Counted from the first letter of the stretch, positions 1 through 9,232 are shown. The stretch is 64,000 nt of DNA from Prochlorococcus sp. AG-679-M23 (GCA_003208875.1 QCUR01000005.1:32001-96000), one strand, 5' to 3'. Made by a program: numbers and translations. The notes: generated by a model from the letters alone, not told the origin.

Positions 1-375
1 ATCAACAACTCCTTCAGGTGATCTTCTTCTTACACCCTCTTTGATTATTCTTACTAAAACTTTATCTCCATTCCATGCATTGTTAAGTAAATTTTCTTTT
101 ATGTAAATATCTTCATTATTATTTTCTCTAACTGCAAAGCAATAGCCTTTGCTACTACATCTAATTTTAGCAACTAAGTGATTACTCTCTTTGACGTTGA
201 AATATTCATTATCTTTATTTTTATTTATTATTTCAAGTTCTTCTAATGCTCGCAATGCTATATCTAATTTGGCCTTGTCTGTTTTTTTTGATAATTTTAA
301 TAATCTGCATAATTTCTTATATTCCAAACCTTCTTCTCGGTTTAAATTTTCAATTATTGAAGAGGTTGAAAACAT
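1..375 (-). CDS. RNB-family ribonuclease (RNase R-like), N-terminal part; runs off window start
   Basis: Manual translation from ATG at 375: MFSTSSIIENLNREEGLEYKKLCRLL...KIRCSSKGYCFAVRE...DIYIKENLLNNAWNGDKVLVRIIKEGVRRRSPEGVVD, a cold-shock/OB segment typical of cyanobacterial RNase R; absent from ORF track because truncated. Confidence 0.85.
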   Translation of the reverse strand, partial: MFSTSSIIENLNREEGLEYKKLCRLLKLSKKTDKAKLDIALRALEELEIINKNKDNEYFNVKESNHLVAKIRCSSKGYCFAVRENNNEDIYIKENLLNNAWNGDKVLVRIIKEGVRRRSPEGVVD

Positions 376-455
376 AATATTTTTTAATTTTTAATTAACA
401 CATAACATTTATTCATATTATATCTTTCTTTCTAATCAAAAAACGATTAAATATT

Positions 456-755
456 TCATTTATCATTATCATATTCGTTTGAAGTAAATGAATTTATGAA
501 AAGTCTAATACCAATAATAAAAAAGGTTATTGATGCTATTGATTTTAAGATGATTTCAGGTAAAAAATTCGATATTGATCCACCTGCTAGGGCTCCTACT
601 AAACTGGCTAATACTAGAGCTGATGAGGAACCTAAAAATACCGCTAGAGGTTTATTGGATGTCCCACTCATTGTTAAAGTAGCTAATTGCGTTTTGTCAC
701 CTAGTTCGGCAATAAATATTGTTAAGAATGTTGATAATAGTAAACTTAAAATCAT
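456..755 (-). CDS. UPF0016/TMEM165/GDT1 half-transporter (Mn/Ca)
   Basis: FIAELGDKTQLAT signature, about 3 TM helices. Confidence 0.9.
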   Translation of the reverse strand: MILSLLLSTFLTIFIAELGDKTQLATLTMSGTSNKPLAVFLGSSSALVLASLVGALAGGSISNFLPEIILKSIASITFFIIGIRLFINSFTSNEYDNDK

Positions 756-1082
756 TTATAAAATGGGCATTAAAATGTCATAAGCTAAAAATATACTTAT
801 GATCATCATCAATAAACCTGTAAAAAACGCAAATTTGTTTGGAGATATTTTATTTGACAACCATTTTCCAATTAATACACCTACTAGGCTTGAACTTATT
901 AAAGCTATTGAACTTCCGATAAAAACAATAATTGGTTTTCCAGATTCTGCAGATAACATTAAAGTCGCTATTTGAGTTTTATCTCCCAATTCAGCGATAA
1001 AAATAGTAGTAAAAGTTGTTATAAAAATAGATGAAAAATTCTTTTCAATATTTTTGTCTTCTTTTTTTATATTAATATTCAT
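756..1082 (-). CDS. UPF0016/TMEM165/GDT1 half-transporter (Mn/Ca)
   Basis: FIAELGDKTQIAT signature, about 3 TM helices, tandem with paralog. Confidence 0.9.
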   Translation of the reverse strand: MNINIKKEDKNIEKNFSSIFITTFTTIFIAELGDKTQIATLMLSAESGKPIIVFIGSSIALISSSLVGVLIGKWLSNKISPNKFAFFTGLLMMIISIFLAYDILMPIL

Positions 1083-1426
1083 TTTTTTGAAACAGCTGAT
1101 TTAAAGTCTTTCATTTGTTCACTTTTTCTTCCATAAATAGAAGATATATGTTGCGTACAACAATCAATTAAGAATTTATCACCATTTTTTAAATAATTTT
1201 TGAATGATGAAGAAAATTCATTTACACGGCAGAAATGTGGTCTTGATTCATAAATCATGCATTTTCTACTTGATCTATCTAAATATTTACACCATCCATC
1301 TTTGCTTTTCATGGAATTTATTAATGCTATATCATTATTACTAAGTACTCCTGATAAGTTATCTCTATCAGTTAAATCTAAATGGCAACAAGCCCCGCAA
1401 TTATCTATACAACTCCATGACTTCAT
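1079..1426 (-). CDS. YkgJ-family cysteine cluster protein
   Basis: CxxxCGACC ... C..L ... C.IYE.RP..CR pattern. Confidence 0.85.
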   Translation of the reverse strand: MKSWSCIDNCGACCHLDLTDRDNLSGVLSNNDIALINSMKSKDGWCKYLDRSSRKCMIYESRPHFCRVNEFSSSFKNYLKNGDKFLIDCCTQHISSIYGRKSEQMKDFKSAVSKK

Positions 1427-1507
1427 AATTTAATTCAATCTTGTAACGTATTGGTACAGTTGAAAGGTTTATTTGTAAAAATAGTATCACATCATTTAAT
1501 TATTCAC

Positions 1508-1585
1508 ATGGCAACCCTTATTCCTTTAGCCGTCGTTGCGTTAGCTGGACCTGCAATAATTGCGCTTGTTTTTTTTCGCAAATAA
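1508..1585 (+). CDS. psb30: Photosystem II subunit Psb30 (Ycf12)
   Basis: Manual translation MATLIPLAVVALAGPAIIALVFFRK (25 aa): single TM helix with the AGP.II motif of Ycf12; below ORF track cutoff. Confidence 0.85.
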   Translation: MATLIPLAVVALAGPAIIALVFFRK

Positions 1586-1606
1586 AAATATATTCTTTAA
1601 CTCTTA

Positions 1607-2356
1607 GTGACTTACCTTGAGGGTGTTTATTGGGATTTAGATGGAACAATTGCTAATACTGAATTAGAAGCTCATTTGCCAGCTTTCAATTTTGCTTTTA
1701 ATGATTTCAATCTTAATTGGAATTGGGATATAACTACATATTTAGACCTTTTAAAAATAAATGGAGGTAAAAATAGAATTTCTTATTATTCAAAATTAAT
1801 AAATAAATCTTTGAATAATACAGAAGTAAAAGAAATTCATGAAAGAAAACAATATCACTATATTAATTATGTAAAAAAAAATAATGTGGTATCACTTAAA
1901 ACGGGTGTTTATAGATTAATTAAGGAATTAAAGAAAAAAAAAGTAAGACAATTTATTGTAACTTCAAGCTCTAAGAAGCAAGCCAAACTAATAATTAATC
2001 AATTATTTATAGAATTTAATCCATTTGAATTTATTATTTCAAGTGATGATGTTCACTTTCATAAACCAAACCCCTTACCTTACTTAAAAGCAATGAAATT
2101 AAGCGGTATAAAATTTAATAAATCTATAGTTTTTGAAGATTCTATTCCTGGTCTTAAATCATCTTTAGCAGCTAAATTACCAACTATTTATGTTCCTTCA
2201 AATATACCTGCGGTTATTGAGAAGGATATGAATTTAGACTGTTTTGTAGATAGTCTGGGAAATGAAAGTTGTAAGGCTAATGTTATTAAAGGACCTAAAC
2301 TTGATAGTAATTATGTTGATTGCGCTTATTTGGAAAAATATTTGATGATATTTTAA
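1607..2356 (+). CDS. HAD-IA hydrolase, CbbY-like
   Basis: DLDGT motif I, KPNP, FEDS motif, AHLPAFN..GGKNRI CbbY cap. Confidence 0.9.
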   Translation: MTYLEGVYWDLDGTIANTELEAHLPAFNFAFNDFNLNWNWDITTYLDLLKINGGKNRISYYSKLINKSLNNTEVKEIHERKQYHYINYVKKNNVVSLKTGVYRLIKELKKKKVRQFIVTSSSKKQAKLIINQLFIEFNPFEFIISSDDVHFHKPNPLPYLKAMKLSGIKFNKSIVFEDSIPGLKSSLAAKLPTIYVPSNIPAVIEKDMNLDCFVDSLGNESCKANVIKGPKLDSNYVDCAYLEKYLMIF

Positions 2357-2358
2357 AA

Positions 2359-2685
2359 ATGCAAAAAACAAAATTTTCAAAAATTAATGATCAATTTAAT
2401 AATTTATTGTTTGGTTTTTTAAGGTCTTCTTGGAAATCAAAATCTATTAATGTTATTTCTGTATTGACAGGTTATTTTTTATTTGCAAATTTTGCTACAA
2501 AATTTATATCTGAAGGTAAAAATGAATTAATAATGGTTCCCATAATAATATTAATTATTGAAGTAATAATTAGAATTAAGCCACCTACTGGTTCTAGTTT
2601 TTTTAATTTGTGGTCAATAATTGATAAGGCTAGAATTGGAGCAACTTATGCCGTGATACTTGAGGCCTTTAAACTAGGTTCTTAA
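2359..2685 (+). CDS. DUF565/Ycf20-family membrane protein
   Basis: MQKTKF start and EAFKLGS C-terminus; ATG at 2359 preferred over track start 2320. Confidence 0.85.
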   Translation: MQKTKFSKINDQFNNLLFGFLRSSWKSKSINVISVLTGYFLFANFATKFISEGKNELIMVPIIILIIEVIIRIKPPTGSSFFNLWSIIDKARIGATYAVILEAFKLGS

Positions 2686-2690
2686 CTAAA

Positions 2691-2867
2691 TTATTCTTCA
2701 CTTGACTCTTCTTCGTCAATAGGATAAACAAATCCTTGTGCCTTGCCTGTTAGAACAGATTTACCTAGTGACATTGCTTTTTGAGCAGCTAATGCTGCTT
2801 TACCTTTCCAAACAGCATGTCGATGATTTCTTTTGCTCTTTGATTTTTTCTTCTTTGGAACAGCCAT
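2691..2867 (-). CDS. rpmF: 50S ribosomal protein L32
   Basis: Manual translation [58 protein letters not shown] (58 aa). Confidence 0.95.
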   Translation of the reverse strand: MAVPKKKKSKSKRNHRHAVWKGKAALAAQKAMSLGKSVLTGKAQGFVYPIDEEESSEE

Positions 2868-3002
2868 ACTAATTTCTTATATCCATTTATTAATATAACC
2901 TTTCAGTGGTTATCTCTCAAATATTTGAGTATATTTGTTTTAAATAATGCAATTATTAATCTGAGCTTATAAGCTTTAATTATTATATTTTATTGAAGAT
3001 TA

Positions 3003-4757
3003 GTGTTCTTTAAATCAAATTTCTCATATTCAGATTCTAATAAAAGTTATTCTGATCTCTTATTAGAATTAGATTTGGGGAATGTACAATCTATATATTT
3101 CTATCCTAGAAAGAGGGAAATAGATGTTTTGTATAAGAATGGGAATAAAGAAAAAGTACCTATACTTTATAACGACCAATTAATTCTTGAAAAAGCATCA
3201 GAAAATAATGTTGACCTAACCATTAATAACAGTCGTAAAGAATCTTCAGCAGCAAATTCGCTTGCATCAGTTGGCCTTTTTTTGATTTTTATAATAGCCA
3301 TTGTTTTAATATTGAAAAGTACCTCAAAACTTGCTTCAAAAGCTTTAGGTTTTGGTAAAAATAAATCTAAATTTGTCACCATTGATGATGTAGATACACG
3401 ATTTGATGATGTTGCTGGTGTTACTGAAGCTGCGGAGGAATTAAAAGAGGTTATTAAATTCCTTAATGAGCCAAAAAAATTTACTGATCTTGGAGCAAAA
3501 GTTCCTAAAGGCGTTCTTTTAATTGGTCCTCCTGGAACTGGTAAAACATTATTAGCTAAAGCTGTTGCTGGTGAGTCTGGTGTTCCTTTTCTCTCAATTG
3601 CCGCATCAGAATTTGTTGAACTATTTGTGGGTGTTGGTGCAAGTAGAGTTAGAGACTTATTTGAAAAAGCAAAAGAAAAGTCTCCTTGCATAATATTTAT
3701 TGATGAAATTGACTCTATCGGAAGACAAAGAGGTTCTGGGATCGGAGGAGGTAACGATGAAAGAGAACAAACTCTTAATCAGCTTTTAACAGAATTAGAT
3801 GGTTTTGCAGATAATTCCGGAATAATTGTTATTGCCGCCACAAATAGACCAGATATCCTAGATTCGGCTCTTTTAAGACCGGGGCGATTCGACAGAAAGA
3901 TTGAAGTCATGTTACCTGATCAAGATGGAAGAAAAAAAATACTCTCAGTTCATTCTTTATCCAAACCTCTTGCAAAAGATGTAGATTTGTCATATTGGGC
4001 TACAAGAACAGTAGGTTTTTCTGGCGCTGACTTAGCAAATTTAATGAATGAAAGTGCTATTCATTGTGCTAGAGAAGATTCTAAATTAATTAATTATTCT
4101 CATATAGAAAATGCTTTAGATAAAGTTACTCTTGGTCTTCGCACTTCTAATATTTCTTCTCAAAATATGAAAAAGATTATTGCATATAACGAAGTTGGAC
4201 GTGCAATTGTTTCAGCGGTTAAAAATGGAATTAATTCAGTAGATAAAATAACAATTCTTCCAAGATCTGGATATGTGGGAGGATATACGAAAATTAATCC
4301 AGACGAAGATATCGTTTCAAGCGGATTAATTTCTAAGAAACTATTGTTATCTAAAATTGAAATAGCATTGGCGGGAAGAGCTGCAGAAACAGTTGTATAC
4401 GGTAAAAATGAAATTACTCAATGTTCATTTAATGATATATCTTATTCAACAAGCATTGTTAGAGAGATGGTAACTAAATATGGATTTTCTATAATAGGTC
4501 CTCTATCTCTTGAAGATGGTGGAGAAATATCAATTGGAGAAGGCTTTGTTAGGAATAAATCAATAATAGCTGATAATACTTACTCCAGAATTGATAATGA
4601 AATTATCAATATTTCTAAAATTTCTCTAAATAATGCCATAAATATTATCAGTAATAATCGCGTTTTATTAGAAAAACTAGTTGAACTTTTATTGATCAAA
4701 GAAACTATTGAGAATAATACTTTTAAAAAAATAACTTTTGATTTATTAAAAGTGTGA
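3003..4757 (+). CDS. ftsH: FtsH-family AAA+ protein with degenerate protease site
   Basis: Walker A GPPGTGKT, pore FVG, Walker B IIFIDE, SRH TNRPD..ALLRPGRFD; HExxH replaced by NEVGR. Confidence 0.93.
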   Translation: MFFKSNFSYSDSNKSYSDLLLELDLGNVQSIYFYPRKREIDVLYKNGNKEKVPILYNDQLILEKASENNVDLTINNSRKESSAANSLASVGLFLIFIIAIVLILKSTSKLASKALGFGKNKSKFVTIDDVDTRFDDVAGVTEAAEELKEVIKFLNEPKKFTDLGAKVPKGVLLIGPPGTGKTLLAKAVAGESGVPFLSIAASEFVELFVGVGASRVRDLFEKAKEKSPCIIFIDEIDSIGRQRGSGIGGGNDEREQTLNQLLTELDGFADNSGIIVIAATNRPDILDSALLRPGRFDRKIEVMLPDQDGRKKILSVHSLSKPLAKDVDLSYWATRTVGFSGADLANLMNESAIHCAREDSKLINYSHIENALDKVTLGLRTSNISSQNMKKIIAYNEVGRAIVSAVKNGINSVDKITILPRSGYVGGYTKINPDEDIVSSGLISKKLLLSKIEIALAGRAAETVVYGKNEITQCSFNDISYSTSIVREMVTKYGFSIIGPLSLEDGGEISIGEGFVRNKSIIADNTYSRIDNEIINISKISLNNAINIISNNRVLLEKLVELLLIKETIENNTFKKITFDLLKV

Positions 4758-4790
4758 TTAAATACATTTAATTTATATAATAACTTTTCC

Positions 4791-5555
4791 TTGATAATAA
4801 AATTTAGTCTATTAAGACTATCCATAATAATTTTATTAGTAATACTTTTTCCATTGGTTCAAAAACAATGGTTAAATTTATACTTGTTTGATATTAATAA
4901 TTTATCTATTTATAAACTTTTATATTATTTAAGCGGTTTAATTGTCCCTTTTCTAGTAATAATAAATTCTTTAAATAAGTTTACTTATTATAAATTTAAT
5001 TTTCATAAAAAGAATAATAATAATAATGATCTTGATATTAGTGGTAAATCTTTATTCTTAATAACTCTAGTTATATCATGTATACTATCAATTCTCATAT
5101 CTCATTATATTTTTATAAATCTAAAAATTATTTTAAATTTCTTAATGAGTAATAATGAATATTTAGTTAAATTTGATTTTGATAAACAAATCTTATTTGT
5201 TGTGATTATTTCTATTTTCTTAATATTTAAAAAAACTAAATTTCTTCTAAAAAAAATAATTTTAACAAATTTTTTTATATTTTCTATTTTTAGTTGGTAT
5301 TCACAAATTAATAATTCTTCTTTAAATAATGTGATTCCATTTTATATTTTTAAATTTGGAAATATAAACTTTGTAAATTTAGTCTTCCTTTTAGCTATTG
5401 AAACAATGTTTTACTTATGGTCATATATCTCATATAACTCTTATTTAAGCGATTGGAACCTCCCAAAACCATATAAGAAAGAGGTTATACCAATTCTTAA
5501 TATTATTATGTTTTATTTATTAATAATATTATATTATTCAATACTTTTTAAATAG
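4791..5555 (+). CDS. Hypothetical multi-pass membrane protein
   Basis: 254 aa ORF with several hydrophobic helices; PxVQKQW and LSDW.LP motifs. Confidence 0.7.
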   Translation: MIIKFSLLRLSIIILLVILFPLVQKQWLNLYLFDINNLSIYKLLYYLSGLIVPFLVIINSLNKFTYYKFNFHKKNNNNNDLDISGKSLFLITLVISCILSILISHYIFINLKIILNFLMSNNEYLVKFDFDKQILFVVIISIFLIFKKTKFLLKKIILTNFFIFSIFSWYSQINNSSLNNVIPFYIFKFGNINFVNLVFLLAIETMFYLWSYISYNSYLSDWNLPKPYKKEVIPILNIIMFYLLIILYYSILFK

Positions 5556-5585
5556 AAAAAGTATTGAATTAAATATCTTTTAGAC

Positions 5586-6170
5586 TTAAAGGGCAGAGAA
5601 ATACTCTTTACTTCCTTTTGGATCTTCTAGCATCGTTTTCTCTCCTGGGGTCCAATTCGCAGGGCAGACTTCATCTGGATTGGCTGCTACATATTGATAA
5701 CCTTGAAGTATTCTCAGTGTTTCATCTACATTTCTTCCTACAGGAGCTTTATTCACTGTTGTGTGCATTACAATTCCTTCTGGATTAATAAGAAATAAAC
5801 CTCTATCTGCTTCACCATCATCATTAAGTACGTTGTAAGCTTGGCAAATTTCTCTTTTCAAATCAGATACCAAAGGATAGTTAATATCACCGATCCCTCC
5901 TTCATTTCTAGGTGTTTGTATCCAAGCTAAGTGACAGTGTTTGCTATCAACAGATACCCCAAGAACTTCAGTGTTTAAGTCTGAGAATTTATTAAATTCA
6001 TCACTGAATGCGGTAATTTCTGTTGGACAAACAAAAGTAAAGTCTAATGGATAGAAAAACAAAACAACCCATTTTCCTTTGTAACTTGAAAGGGTAATGT
6101 CTTTAAATTCTTGATCATAAACTGCCGTTGCAGTGAAATCTGGTGCTTCTTGACCAACTCTTAAACTCAT
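5586..6170 (-). CDS. 2-Cys peroxiredoxin (AhpC/TSA)
   Basis: [13 protein letters not shown] peroxidatic Cys, EVCPANW resolving Cys, GGIG and C-terminal YF motifs. Confidence 0.97.
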   Translation of the reverse strand: MSLRVGQEAPDFTATAVYDQEFKDITLSSYKGKWVVLFFYPLDFTFVCPTEITAFSDEFNKFSDLNTEVLGVSVDSKHCHLAWIQTPRNEGGIGDINYPLVSDLKREICQAYNVLNDDGEADRGLFLINPEGIVMHTTVNKAPVGRNVDETLRILQGYQYVAANPDEVCPANWTPGEKTMLEDPKGSKEYFSAL

Positions 6171-6492
6171 GAAATTCTATTCCTTTTTTTGAAAAAAATT
6201 AAGGCCTTAGTACACCTTAAATTAATTATAATTTTAACGTTTATAATATAGCAAGTAAATCTCTAATATGAATTCATGAAATGGCATCATTCCTTAACAA
6301 GGAAGTTTACAATAATGAACTATTCTAAATTAATTAAAAATCTAAAAAGAGAATTGATCAAATATCCCATTAATAGAAATGTTGATAAGAAGAGTAATCA
6401 ATAATTAAATTTTTTCTCTATAAAAACATTAACAGATACAAATAACATAATTAAAGCTATTTTAATTAAACTTCTTAGATATTTTTAAAAGT

Positions 6493-6651
6493 ATGACAAA
6501 TTACATAGATAGGCTTAAAGCAAAACTCAAAATTAAAAAATTTGATTCTGACCAACCATTAAATGCCTGGTTATTTGTCTTGATATTAAATATTGTAGGT
6601 TTTGCCGGTTACTTTTATTTAAAAATAAATGATATTCACTTAGGAGACTGA
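6493..6651 (+). CDS. Small single-TM hypothetical protein (52 aa)
   Basis: Manual translation MTNYIDRLKAKLKIKKFDSDQPLNAWLFVLILNIVGFAGYFYLKINDIHLGD. Confidence 0.6.
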   Translation: MTNYIDRLKAKLKIKKFDSDQPLNAWLFVLILNIVGFAGYFYLKINDIHLGD

Positions 6652-6656
6652 CTTCT

Positions 6657-6875
6657 TTATCTAATCTCTTTTTTTATTGATCTACAAAAATTTTTATATC
6701 TATCGATTCTTGTTAAGTCAGGTAAAGTCCAAATTAATTCTTTATCGAATAATGGATCATTCCATTCCTTAAATTCCTCTCTAATTGAATCACTATTTAA
6801 TTTGGAAAGTTTTTTTGTCCTTTTCTTTAAATCTTTCTTAATTACGCTAATGTTTGCATTTATATATTCTCTCAT
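6657..6875 (-). CDS. Hypothetical protein (72 aa)
   Basis: ORF track; ATG start, basic, EFKEWNDP..W motif. Confidence 0.6.
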   Translation of the reverse strand: MREYINANISVIKKDLKKRTKKLSKLNSDSIREEFKEWNDPLFDKELIWTLPDLTRIDRYKNFCRSIKKEIR

Positions 6876-6937
6876 AATAAATATATGGCTTTTTTAAATT
6901 TAACATTAAATAGGTCACTTAATGTTATCAGTAACTA

Positions 6938-7108
6938 TTAAACGTTCTGAACTGCTTGAAATAATCCGAATGAATATCCCCCTATTAGAATCCAACCTAA
7001 AACGCTTGATATTATAGTTGACCTTCTATTATGTCTTCGTAATGCATTTTCAATCATTTCGTTAACTTCATCTCTGCTTATGGAATCAGAATTTAAATTT
7101 TTATTCAT
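6938..7108 (-). CDS. Small C-terminal-TM hypothetical protein (56 aa)
   Basis: Manual translation MNKNLNSDSISRDEVNEMIENALRRHNRRSTIISSVLGWILIGGYSFGLFQAVQNV; the EV.EMI..A.RRHNR pattern resembles picocyanobacterial/cyanophage small proteins (from memory). Confidence 0.7.
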   Translation of the reverse strand: MNKNLNSDSISRDEVNEMIENALRRHNRRSTIISSVLGWILIGGYSFGLFQAVQNV

Positions 7109-7343
7109 TAAATTTTTTTATTTTTATTATAAGAGAAATAAATATGCAGTGAGTTTAACCCTTTGATTTATGTTTTAAATATTAGCTAATGAACTTTGTT
7201 TTCGATATCTCTAAAACTAGTAATGGATGTATTTGTATTCATTTAATTCATTATTTCATTGACGATTTAATTGCAAATTTTCATACCCGTAAAAAATAAC
7301 TAAAATAAAGTTTTAATGGTTTTATTAAATTAGGTACCAAAAT

Positions 7344-7511
7344 ATGAATGTTAATGATGCATCTGTTCTTGAAATGATAAACAGACTTATTGCTACCGAT
7401 AGATTAAATAAAAACCAAATTCTCCAATTAGTGAACCTTGCATCAATTTCTAATAATATTAATGAATTAGAAGAAAATATTAAATGGGAAACTTTAAAAT
7501 CTAAATATTAA
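7344..7511 (+). CDS. Small hypothetical protein (55 aa)
   Basis: Manual translation MNVNDASVLEMINRLIATDRLNKNQILQLVNLASISNNINELEENIKWETLKSKY. Confidence 0.6.
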   Translation: MNVNDASVLEMINRLIATDRLNKNQILQLVNLASISNNINELEENIKWETLKSKY

Positions 7512-7579
7512 AAAATTATAAATAATTATATAGTTAGTTCTCATAATAAATACCATTTAACTATTAGCAAAATTTGAAG

Positions 7580-7735
7580 ATGAATTCTAAAAATATACAA
7601 AATAAAATATCTCTGAATGAATCTCTGGACGTATTGAAGGATTTAAATTCTTGTGAAGTAAGCAAAGCTAGCACTGAAATAATGCTTGAACGATTTTGTA
7701 ATGGTAAAGAAATTGATTTTCCTTTTTCTAATTAA
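7580..7735 (+). CDS. Small hypothetical protein (51 aa)
   Basis: Manual translation MNSKNIQNKISLNESLDVLKDLNSCEVSKASTEIMLERFCNGKEIDFPFSN; stop abuts convergent ORF. Confidence 0.5.
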   Translation: MNSKNIQNKISLNESLDVLKDLNSCEVSKASTEIMLERFCNGKEIDFPFSN

Positions 7736-7894
7736 TTAGGATTTTTTAGTAGTCAAGATTTCATTCGGAGCTATTTGAAAATAAGTTTGCTTGTCACTGT
7801 CTTTAACTTTATTAATAATAAAAACTGTTGAAATCACAAAAATTAGAATTATCATTAGGTCTCCTACAGTTAATCCTCTCTCCTTTAAATTCAT
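7736..7894 (-). CDS. Small membrane protein with prepilin-like N-terminus (52 aa)
   Basis: Manual translation MNLKERGLTVGDLMIILIFVISTVFIINKVKDSDKQTYFQIAPNEILTTKKS. Confidence 0.6.
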   Translation of the reverse strand: MNLKERGLTVGDLMIILIFVISTVFIINKVKDSDKQTYFQIAPNEILTTKKS

Positions 7895-8129
7895 AACATT
7901 TGTTTTAATTATTTTTATTATAACTGAGTTGTTTATCTAATTTACTTGAATTATCGATAGTTTACTTAATATAAATAATCTATATAAGATGTACAAAAAA
8001 TATAACTTTTTACTGATTAATATTTAACCTAGCACGAACTTTAAATAACATAGCGATGATAGTTAATTTCTAAATAAGACTCCAGGAACAATTCGTGATT
8101 TAAAAATTTGAATTTTGTTTAAATACCTT

Positions 8130-8282
8130 TTAAAAGCTTTCTTTAAGAATATTTAATAACTTTGTCCTTTTAACATAGTTGTCTTTTTCCCATAAATTTG
8201 TTACCTCATCATTATTAATTGGTTTTGATTCATAAGCAAAATACCATAGTATTAATCCAATTGGAATTATTAATATTTGCAT
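8130..8282 (-). CDS. Small N-terminal-TM hypothetical protein (50 aa)
   Basis: Manual translation MQILIIPIGLILWYFAYESKPINNDEVTNLWEKDNYVKRTKLLNILKESF; divergent from RHH gene. Confidence 0.6.
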   Translation of the reverse strand: MQILIIPIGLILWYFAYESKPINNDEVTNLWEKDNYVKRTKLLNILKESF

Positions 8283-8310
8283 TTAATTTATGTTGACTTA
8301 GGTTTAATAT

Positions 8311-8343
8311 AGTGCAACACTTATAATATGCAAGTGTTACAAT
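8311..8343. promoter_or_regulatory. Candidate operator pair AGTG-N3-CAMT bracketing a TATAAT -10 box
   Basis: AGTGCAACACT (8311-8321), TATAAT (8322-8327), AGTGTTACAAT (8333-8343); third copy AGTGTCACACT at 8722-8732. Confidence 0.55.
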
Positions 8344-8354
8344 AAAACTTTTAT

Positions 8355-8720
8355 ATGCCCACGCAAAGAAGAAGAATTGGGTTTTTACCAAGATCGGAAG
8401 TTCAGAATATAATAGACAAAATTTGTAATATTAATAAATTAAGTCAATCAAAAGTAACTGGGATATTGGTTGAAGAAGCACTTAGGTCTAGAGGAGTATT
8501 AAATACCTCTATTAAAGAGTTATCATACGAATTTTGTAGTAATAAAGGTGAAGCATTATTAATTCCTAATAAAACACTTAATAGTGAAATACGAAATGTT
8601 GAAAATAAAATTAATTTAGATGATGATTCTATAAATGATGAAGTTCAAATGATTAACGACTATATTGAATTTAAGGTTTTTAAAAATATAATGAACAGAA
8701 ATAAAAGAAAGCTTAATTAA
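8355..8720 (+). CDS. Ribbon-helix-helix (CopG-like) DNA-binding protein
   Basis: N-terminus RRRIGFLP (strand) - EVQNIIDKIC (helix) - LSQSKVTGILVEEAL (helix) fits the RHH pattern. Confidence 0.7.
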   Translation: MPTQRRRIGFLPRSEVQNIIDKICNINKLSQSKVTGILVEEALRSRGVLNTSIKELSYEFCSNKGEALLIPNKTLNSEIRNVENKINLDDDSINDEVQMINDYIEFKVFKNIMNRNKRKLN

Positions 8721-8753
8721 TAGTGTCACACTTTATCAGGAATACGTGAGCAT

Positions 8754-8818
8754 TGGTTGAACATGGGACTTGAGGCCTGTGATCCCTCAACCACTGGGAA
8801 ATATATAGCTATAGCCCA
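8754..8818. other. GC-richer structured element (two hairpins), possible sRNA/UTR
   Basis: TGGTTGA(8754-60)/TCAACCA(8787-93) closing inner GGGA/TCCC; second hairpin TGGG(8795)/CCCA(8818). Confidence 0.4.
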
Positions 8819-8978
8819 TAAAGAAGCAACGTTAAAAATAAATCCGTTGATTTCGAGGTATTTTATTCATTGGATGATTGACAGTCGATCTAAAATAATA
8901 AGTAATTATTATCTTTTTAATGGATAAAAGATTTATAGCGGAAAAATTAATGACTCTTCTCATTTCATTAATTTGCTA

Positions 8979-9095
8979 ATGAATATTTCTCCCCACTTAT
9001 TAATAGATGTTGGAATACTAAGTACTGCATTGACTATAACTCTGGTATTGAGAGCTAAAGGTAATGCAGCAAGAAAAGAGCGAGAAACCAAATGA
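8979..9095 (+). CDS. Micro-protein (38 aa), hydrophobic core
   Basis: MNISPHLLIDVGILSTALTITLVLRAKGNAARKERETK; ATGA overlap with next ORF. Confidence 0.55.
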   Translation: MNISPHLLIDVGILSTALTITLVLRAKGNAARKERETK

Positions 9096-9232
9096 TTACT
9101 AAAAAAGAGGAAGCAGAATACGAAAAACCTAAATTATTTAGTTTTTGGAATTTTCTAATCTATGGAAGTTTTTGTGCTATTGGTGTTTACTTAGTTTATT
9201 TATATTTGGCTTATATCTTTATAAATAAATAA
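9092..9232 (+). CDS. Micro membrane protein (46 aa)
   Basis: MITKKEEAEYEKPKLFSFWNFLIYGSFCAIGVYLVYLYLAYIFINK; ATGA and TAATG overlaps with neighbours. Confidence 0.6.
   Translation: MITKKEEAEYEKPKLFSFWNFLIYGSFCAIGVYLVYLYLAYIFINK

Noticed and set aside
191..394. 67-aa + strand ORF
   Set aside because: Antisense shadow of the RNB ribonuclease gene on the minus strand.
6200..6320. attL-type duplication of the tRNA-Met or tRNA-Thr 3' end at the island's left edge
   Set aside because: No matching sequence found by eye; no integrase present.
6315..6404. 29-codon ORF MNYSKLIKNLK...
   Set aside because: Too short, no motif or coupling evidence.
6960..6990. Suspected frameshift at a C-run in the 56-aa ORF
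   Set aside because: Recount gives C5, which keeps the frame (IGGYSFG) intact.
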